The position numbers and the translations under genes were made by a program. This document shows positions 58,790-64,000 of a stretch of 64,000 nucleotides of DNA, piece after piece. The notes under the pieces were generated by a model. The model was given only the letters and a program-made list of their open reading frames with translations. It had not been told where the DNA came from and did no database searches. Location: the IMG/VR virus record IMGVR_UViG_3300025530_000411. The stretch is one strand, 5' to 3'. This stretch comes from a virus. Lineage: Duplodnaviria; Heunggongvirae; Uroviricota; Caudoviricetes. Numbering within the stretch: the stretch's first letter is position 1; the number at the start of each line of letters is the position of its first letter.

Positions 58790-60781
58790 ATGAAAAACAT
58801 ACTTGCATACAGCATGCTTGGGTGCCTGTTGGTACTCGAAGTACTCGGCATAGCATCAAACATACCACAAATGTTCATTCAGCCGAAACAGTTTGCAGAG
58901 AATATGCAATGGATGGATCCCCAATGGATCGGTCTGATTCTGTTGGCCGTTTTGGCGATCATGAGGAAAAAATACTCCGAATACCTGTACGGCTGGTTTG
59001 ACAAAATATTCGTAATTGCTGTATGCCTTGGAGTGCTTGCCTACGGTTCGCAACTCATCCATTTGGGAATCGTGCATTGGCTGGATGGACAAGATTTGGG
59101 ACAAGGCGGACTCGGTGGACTGGTTGCTGCTATTGCATACAGGGTATCTGTGGTACTTGCCTTGGTCGTCATAGTAGTTATTATCCAGTCCAGGTTCGGA
59201 ATGCTCCTCATGCAGCCAAAGGACCAAATCGAATTTGGTGCTTCCAAAAACAAAGGGAGATTCAAAGAAACCAAGTTCAGGAAGGAATTTGACATCGATC
59301 ATGTACCAAAAAAGAATCCGGGGGATATTCTTGTATGTTGGGACCGGCAGACGGGCAAGGGTGTCATAATTCCGGAAAAGGACAGAAGCCTGCACCTCTT
59401 CTGTGCCGGTCCTACGGGTTCCGGCAAATCTTCTACTCTGGTCCTGCCGATGATCTACCAAGATTTGAAGGTACCAAATTCCGGCGTCGGACTCATAGAA
59501 CCCAAGGGCGACATCGCAGAGACTGCCTATAAGATGGCTATTATGTTGGGACGGAAGGATGCTGTATATTTCGACCCAACCAACAAAGATACTACTGTAT
59601 ATTTCAACCCGCTCGACCCAATGAACGGTACCGACTATGACGTCATCAACCTCATGACTACAGTGTATGACGGCATGGCGGGTGGTTCTAACACGGACCC
59701 ATTCTTCCACAAGAACAGCATGATGGTTCTCCGTAAATCCTTGGACCTGTTGCTTCGTCTTAAGCGTTTGGAAGGTTCGGTCCTGACGCTCCGTGAACTC
59801 GGAAGGTTCCTGACGGGCAAGACGGTCATGATCGATTACTGCAAAAGGCTCGCTTCATACCGGAGACCGGAAGACGAAGCACTCTTGGAATGGTTCTATT
59901 CGGAACTCTTGGCTGACACCAAAAATGCGCAGAACAACCAAGGATACTACGTGGGACTGCGTCAGGAAATTGAACTTTTGGGTGAACTTGATTGGCTCAA
60001 CGGAGATCCCAAGACCGGACGGTCCCAACTCAACTTCGACGAATTGTTGGAAAACGGCGGAGCATTCTTCGCCAGCACGGGACTCGGCGCGCTGGGTACG
60101 ATGGGTAACTATCTCGGTCAATTTCTTATCATGGCATTCCAAAACGCCGTGTTCCGCAGACCGGGAAATGAAAATACGAGAAAACCATTCTACATGTACA
60201 TCGACGAATTTTCACTGTATGCCAACGACAATTTCGAACGATGGTTGGCACTCGCACGCTCCTATCGTTGCCCGGCACACCTGTTTACACAAGGTACGGC
60301 TCAGCTCGACAAGGTAAGCGAAGAATTCAAACGTTCTGCAATCAACAACTGCCGACACAAGATTATCTTTGCACCAGAAGAAGAATCGGAAGCCAAGTAT
60401 TGGTCGGAATATTTCGGAGAAACTTACAGGGAAAAAGTCAGCAAAAACGTGAGCAAGGGTACTTCCAAGAGATGGAATTGGCTCAATCTCATGGATACTC
60501 CGGACAACATCAACGATTCGGAAGGACAAAACGTCAGCGAAGAATTGGTCAAAAACTTCACGCCCACCGACATTATGAACCTGCCATTCAAACACGTCAT
60601 CTACAAAACGGTCAAAGATGGCACCAACCAAATGGCAAGATACGGCGTGACAGATTGGATTCCAAATCGAGTCAACGACGTTCTCAAAAAGATAAACATA
60701 AAGGATCACAAGCCGAATATTCACATGCAACGCAGTACGGAACCCAATCTCTCGGGAGAAGAAGATCTCGAATTCGCATGA
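58790..60781 (+). CDS. VirD4/TraG/TraD-like type IV coupling protein (membrane-anchored P-loop ATPase)
   Basis: N-terminal TM helices are followed by a Walker A motif (LFCAGPTGSGKSST). The family-typical EPKGD and NPLD motifs come next, then a Walker B motif (YMYIDEFSLYA). Confidence 0.7.
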   Translation: MKNILAYSMLGCLLVLEVLGIASNIPQMFIQPKQFAENMQWMDPQWIGLILLAVLAIMRKKYSEYLYGWFDKIFVIAVCLGVLAYGSQLIHLGIVHWLDGQDLGQGGLGGLVAAIAYRVSVVLALVVIVVIIQSRFGMLLMQPKDQIEFGASKNKGRFKETKFRKEFDIDHVPKKNPGDILVCWDRQTGKGVIIPEKDRSLHLFCAGPTGSGKSSTLVLPMIYQDLKVPNSGVGLIEPKGDIAETAYKMAIMLGRKDAVYFDPTNKDTTVYFNPLDPMNGTDYDVINLMTTVYDGMAGGSNTDPFFHKNSMMVLRKSLDLLLRLKRLEGSVLTLRELGRFLTGKTVMIDYCKRLASYRRPEDEALLEWFYSELLADTKNAQNNQGYYVGLRQEIELLGELDWLNGDPKTGRSQLNFDELLENGGAFFASTGLGALGTMGNYLGQFLIMAFQNAVFRRPGNENTRKPFYMYIDEFSLYANDNFERWLALARSYRCPAHLFTQGTAQLDKVSEEFKRSAINNCRHKIIFAPEEESEAKYWSEYFGETYREKVSKNVSKGTSKRWNWLNLMDTPDNINDSEGQNVSEELVKNFTPTDIMNLPFKHVIYKTVKDGTNQMARYGVTDWIPNRVNDVLKKINIKDHKPNIHMQRSTEPNLSGEEDLEFA

Positions 60782-60841
60782 ACTGCACGTGAAATATGAC
60801 AAGGGACGGCTTTTCAGCCGTCCCTTGTCGTATATATGAAT

Positions 60842-61492
60842 TCAGTTTGAAAGCATGCCCTCCAATGCCAACACTATCACGTAGGAAACGAAAATGGATG
60901 GAAGGAGGGGGAAACTCGTTTTCTTCTGTGCTAGGGCGATCACGCTCTGTATGACTGCTGCAACTGCAAAGACGACAAGTACGGCGAGAATCATCCAACC
61001 TTTGACAAAGGCGATGGCTGTAAACATGAATATGTCACCGCCACCGATACTGTGATCCCACATCTTTTTCCCCACGATGTTGAAAATGACAAAGGTAAAG
61101 AATGTTGCAACAGGGGGAACAATGTAGTGAAATACGTACGACCACATACTCGACATATCGTACATGAAAAAATATGCCGTCGCCATTGAAAAGCCAGTGA
61201 CGTTCATCAAAATCATCAGAGGGTACGGAACTACATTGGCATACAAATCCGTAGCCACGGCAATGCACAAAATCCACAGCAAAACGAGGTTCATGATGGT
61301 TTCGTACGTCGTTGTTGCTCCAAGTTCCATAAAATACCGGCAGAAGTAGGTGAATATGCATGCCAATGACGTTCCCAAAAAAGCATGTACGATCCTGCTC
61401 TTTTTCTGCTTGCCGAACTTCGCATCTATGTATTTGGACATCCATGCAAACATGATGGGAATGCCCACGATAGGTAAAATGTACACATACAT
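60842..61492 (-). CDS. A24-family prepilin peptidase (TadV/CpaA-like)
   Basis: A polytopic membrane protein with the two catalytic Asp contexts, ATDLYANVVPYP and SIGGGDIFMF. Confidence 0.65.
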   Translation of the reverse strand: MYVYILPIVGIPIMFAWMSKYIDAKFGKQKKSRIVHAFLGTSLACIFTYFCRYFMELGATTTYETIMNLVLLWILCIAVATDLYANVVPYPLMILMNVTGFSMATAYFFMYDMSSMWSYVFHYIVPPVATFFTFVIFNIVGKKMWDHSIGGGDIFMFTAIAFVKGWMILAVLVVFAVAAVIQSVIALAQKKTSFPLLPSIFVSYVIVLALEGMLSN

Positions 61493-61637
61493 ACGGCATC
61501 ACACCCAACATAGTTATTACTTTTATTTAACCATGTTCCGTATGTATTTGTCAATATGCTTTGAACAAAGCACGAGGCAGTACATATTTGTACTGCCTCA
61601 AGCTGCCTCAAACTGCTTCAAATTGTTGCAAATTAAA

Positions 61638-61715
61638 TCATTTTTCTTGTCTTCGTTTTTCCAAAGCAACCGTAAGCAGAACGAACACACCCAACGCAAA
61701 AAGGAACAGATACAT
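61638..61715 (-). CDS. putative 25-aa hydrophobic peptide (unlisted)
   Basis: MYLFLFALGVFVLLTVALEKRRQEK, preceded by a perfect TGTAAGGAGTGT SD motif. Confidence 0.25.
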   Translation of the reverse strand: MYLFLFALGVFVLLTVALEKRRQEK

Positions 61716-61786
61716 GGTGCACACTCCTTACACAAAATGTTTATAAAAATTATAACGTGTAAGGAATTATGCACACAATAATTTAA

Positions 61787-61957
61787 TCACCGAAGCATTC
61801 TCACGATGTCATTGTAGAACATCAGTGCGAATCTGCCCACCACAATGAGAAGGAATATCACGAATATCCATAGGACGATTCTTAGCCATAGTGGTTTCTT
61901 GTCATGGTAATGATAATGCTTGTGATAGTGTTGAGCATTGCGATAACGTCTGCGCGC
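61787..61957 (-). CDS. small His/Tyr-rich membrane protein
   Basis: Start at MARRRYRNAQHYHKHYHYHD with a GAGGTGG SD. One TM helix. Confidence 0.4.
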   Translation of the reverse strand, partial: ARRRYRNAQHYHKHYHYHDKKPLWLRIVLWIFVIFLLIVVGRFALMFYNDIVRMLR

Positions 61958-61979
61958 CATGTGTTCCACCTCAATCTCT

Positions 61980-62966
61980 TCAAATGATGAGCAAACCTTC
62001 TTTATTGACTTGCATGTCGGACCTCACGGCCCGAAGCAGATCGCGTCTTCCGTCGATCACTTCTTCATGACCGAGAAAATGAATCGGGTCAAACTTCCTG
62101 GATTCGAATACAGAAAGTTCAAACAAATTGTGTTGCTGTTTCCCGTTGGTGAGGTTGCAATACCAAATGTCCGCATAGGGACCGTATTTCTTGATGTCTT
62201 CCATGGTGGCGACTATCACGCGCATACGGCTTCCTGCTTCTTTCAAGTACAAGTTGACCGTGTTTATGATGTTCTGAACGCGCACTTTGTTGAGGAGCGT
62301 TACGAACATAATGATTTGTTGGTCAGCCTTGTACCCGTGCAGATGGAAATATGTCAGATAGTTCCGAATCTTGGCGTCGATCATTTGCAAGTTCTGTTTG
62401 CCAGAATCGAGTTCCAGATTGAATGAAGATTCTCCGCCATCGTGAGTAAAATACCCAAGTGCATCTGGGATTATCTTTGGAGAGCCATCGTCATACGGAT
62501 ACAGACTTTCACATTCGATGGGACCTCTCCAAAGAAGGAGACCGGAATTTGGCACGTTGTCGTGTTCGATGAAAGACATCATGACCTCCGTAGCTGCACT
62601 GTTGTGAGCTGCGAATACCAGCATGCCGGCCGGTGTGCGATTGAGATTTTTCGGAACCGAAGGATCCACACTGTGCAGAATTTCGATTCCTGCTTTTTTG
62701 ATGAAGTAGTAATAATAGTTGTTGAACTGCACGCATCCTATATAATCAAGTTCCTTGAGTGCAGAAACGTACCATCTCACGTTCCTCTCGTTTTTGTAGC
62801 ACAAAAGTCTCTTCATATCAGATACACGCAGGAAGTCATATCTGAGCAATACTTTGAGGAACGGTTCGTAATGGGGATTATACAGGTTGTTCGGGTCTTT
62901 TGGGAACCTTGGGTTCCATTTATTCTTTTCAATAAGCTTTTTTATCTTTGCCCTGGAATCTGTCAT
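61980..62966 (-). CDS. hypothetical protein with N-terminal winged-helix-like region (possibly replication-relaxation family)
   Basis: A 328-aa product with an AAGGTGAAGGA SD. The family assignment is tentative and rests on overall architecture only. Confidence 0.45.
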   Translation of the reverse strand: MTDSRAKIKKLIEKNKWNPRFPKDPNNLYNPHYEPFLKVLLRYDFLRVSDMKRLLCYKNERNVRWYVSALKELDYIGCVQFNNYYYYFIKKAGIEILHSVDPSVPKNLNRTPAGMLVFAAHNSAATEVMMSFIEHDNVPNSGLLLWRGPIECESLYPYDDGSPKIIPDALGYFTHDGGESSFNLELDSGKQNLQMIDAKIRNYLTYFHLHGYKADQQIIMFVTLLNKVRVQNIINTVNLYLKEAGSRMRVIVATMEDIKKYGPYADIWYCNLTNGKQQHNLFELSVFESRKFDPIHFLGHEEVIDGRRDLLRAVRSDMQVNKEGLLII

Positions 62967-63139
62967 TCCTTCACCTTCTTGGACTTCGTAGTTCTTTTCA
63001 TCAAGGCACGAATAAACTATTTGGATACCTCAATTGTATCATGTGTGTCGAAGTTTGTCAATACTGTATACTTGCAATAAATGGCAGGACATGTTACAAT
63101 AAAGGTAAGGAATATGTTTAGTGTAAGGAGTGTGGGAAT

Positions 63140-63406
63140 GTGCAAACGGATGTGTTGCTTCAAACCTTGGGGATTGTGAACTTGGTAACATTGCTTTTGT
63201 ACATCGCGGATTATTTGGGGGCGATGAATAGGGGGTTTAGGTTCCCCAACGTGATCATTTGGCTCCCCACCATTGCATTCGGTTCATTCGGGGCATTTGT
63301 AGGAGTGTATACAAGCGGTCACAAATTGGAACGTCCGGAATTCAGATTTGGGATTCCGTGCCTTGTGGTCGCACATTTGTTTGCCCTAGCAATCCTCATG
63401 ATGTAA
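63140..63406 (+). CDS. small membrane protein
   Basis: GTG start 9 nt after TGTAAGGAGTGT; two or three hydrophobic helices. Confidence 0.5.
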   Translation: MQTDVLLQTLGIVNLVTLLLYIADYLGAMNRGFRFPNVIIWLPTIAFGSFGAFVGVYTSGHKLERPEFRFGIPCLVVAHLFALAILMM

Positions 63407-63407
63407 A

Positions 63408-63450
63408 CAAAAAGATGGAGAATGCATCACGCATTCTCCATCTTTTTGTT
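63408..63450. terminator. bidirectional intrinsic terminator
   Basis: AAAGATGGAGAATGC-ATCAC-GCATTCTCCATCTTT flanked by A-runs and T-runs. Confidence 0.65.
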
Positions 63451-63996
63451 TACAGACTTTATAATGCTCATGAGGTAATTGTGGCGACTTCCATACCGTT
63501 CCCTGTATTTTTGACCGATCTTGTATCGTTCGTCTTCATACAAGTTCCTGATAGCAAGTGGCGTGTAGCCCATCCTGCGAAGTTCGTATATCACCTTATA
63601 GTCGAGTTCCGATCTTCCACCACGCAGGGTTCCGTTCATAATTTTCACTCGAAGGGCAAACGGCAGTTCGGAAACTACGATCTTGTCCTTCGTTGCAACC
63701 TCCTTGCGAAGCTTCGCCATATGCTTTATGACACGCATGGCATCTTCACCGAGTGGAAACCTTGAGAATTCCTCTCCCGTGTGGAGGATGAACATGCCAT
63801 CTTCCATGTCGATGTCGGCTTCGACTGGAGGATCTATCGGATAGTCGATGATGCCGTTCGCCAAGTTGTCCACGATAATGTCGGTCCATATCTGCGGGAA
63901 GTTCTCCGCCCGCTGTATTTTCCTGATGTGCGGATATAGGCGATCTTTAGCCATCCTCACAAGCTTCTTGTGTTCGTCCAAATCCTCCAGACGCAT
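63427..63996 (-). CDS. hypothetical protein
   Basis: A 189-aa ORF whose ATG at 63996 is close to the window edge. Its last codons lie inside the terminator stem. Confidence 0.5.
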   Translation of the reverse strand: MRLEDLDEHKKLVRMAKDRLYPHIRKIQRAENFPQIWTDIIVDNLANGIIDYPIDPPVEADIDMEDGMFILHTGEEFSRFPLGEDAMRVIKHMAKLRKEVATKDKIVVSELPFALRVKIMNGTLRGGRSELDYKVIYELRRMGYTPLAIRNLYEDERYKIGQKYRERYGSRHNYLMSIIKSVNKKMENA

Positions 63997-64000
63997 AGGA

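Noticed and set aside
61035-61511. 158-aa ORF overlapping the prepilin peptidase gene in another frame.
   Set aside because: His/Cys/Arg-rich nonsense translation. The co-located frame encodes a protein with both A24 peptidase catalytic motifs.

Overview
This 64 kb window reads like the replication, nucleotide-metabolism and host-takeover part of a large low-GC Firmicute-type phage (jumbo-phage-like), or of a phage-like megaplasmid. No virion structural or packaging genes are present. GC content is roughly 45 percent, genes are densely packed on both strands, and most starts carry a strong AAGGAG Shine-Dalgarno, often in an extended conserved form, TGTAAGGAGTGT.

Recognisable products:
- DNA gyrase A and B, thymidylate synthase, the class Ib ribonucleotide reductase operon nrdI-nrdE-nrdF, and an adenylosuccinate-synthetase (PurA)-like enzyme.
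- An FtsH-type AAA protease, a PhoH2-type protein (PIN plus PhoH domains), and a YhaM-like HD-domain nuclease.
- An SPFH/band-7 and NfeD pair, an M23 peptidase, and a metallophosphoesterase.
- SpoVS and Spx/ArsC-like host-regulator homologs, and a NERD-domain protein.
- Three ankyrin-repeat proteins, two J-domain proteins and two vWA-domain proteins.
- A VirD4/TraG-like coupling ATPase next to an A24 prepilin peptidase.
- An SF3-type primase-helicase-like NTPase.

About 20 tRNA or tRNA-like genes occur: Tyr, Ser and a probable Thr singly, and a 3 kb island at 18.5-21.4 kb. Several are structurally aberrant or degenerate.

Non-coding features that stand out:
- A 600 nt GC-rich island (2.33-2.95 kb) bounded by a promoter and a terminator.
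- A 1.9 kb repeat-dense intergenic region (5.3-7.2 kb) carrying palindromic operator-like sites and a recurring CGATGCAAC motif.
- A 21 bp perfect inverted-repeat element and a 15 bp x5 tandem array inside the tRNA island.
- Several near-identical sigma-A-type promoters.

All calls rest on reading motifs in the sequence by eye; no database search was run.
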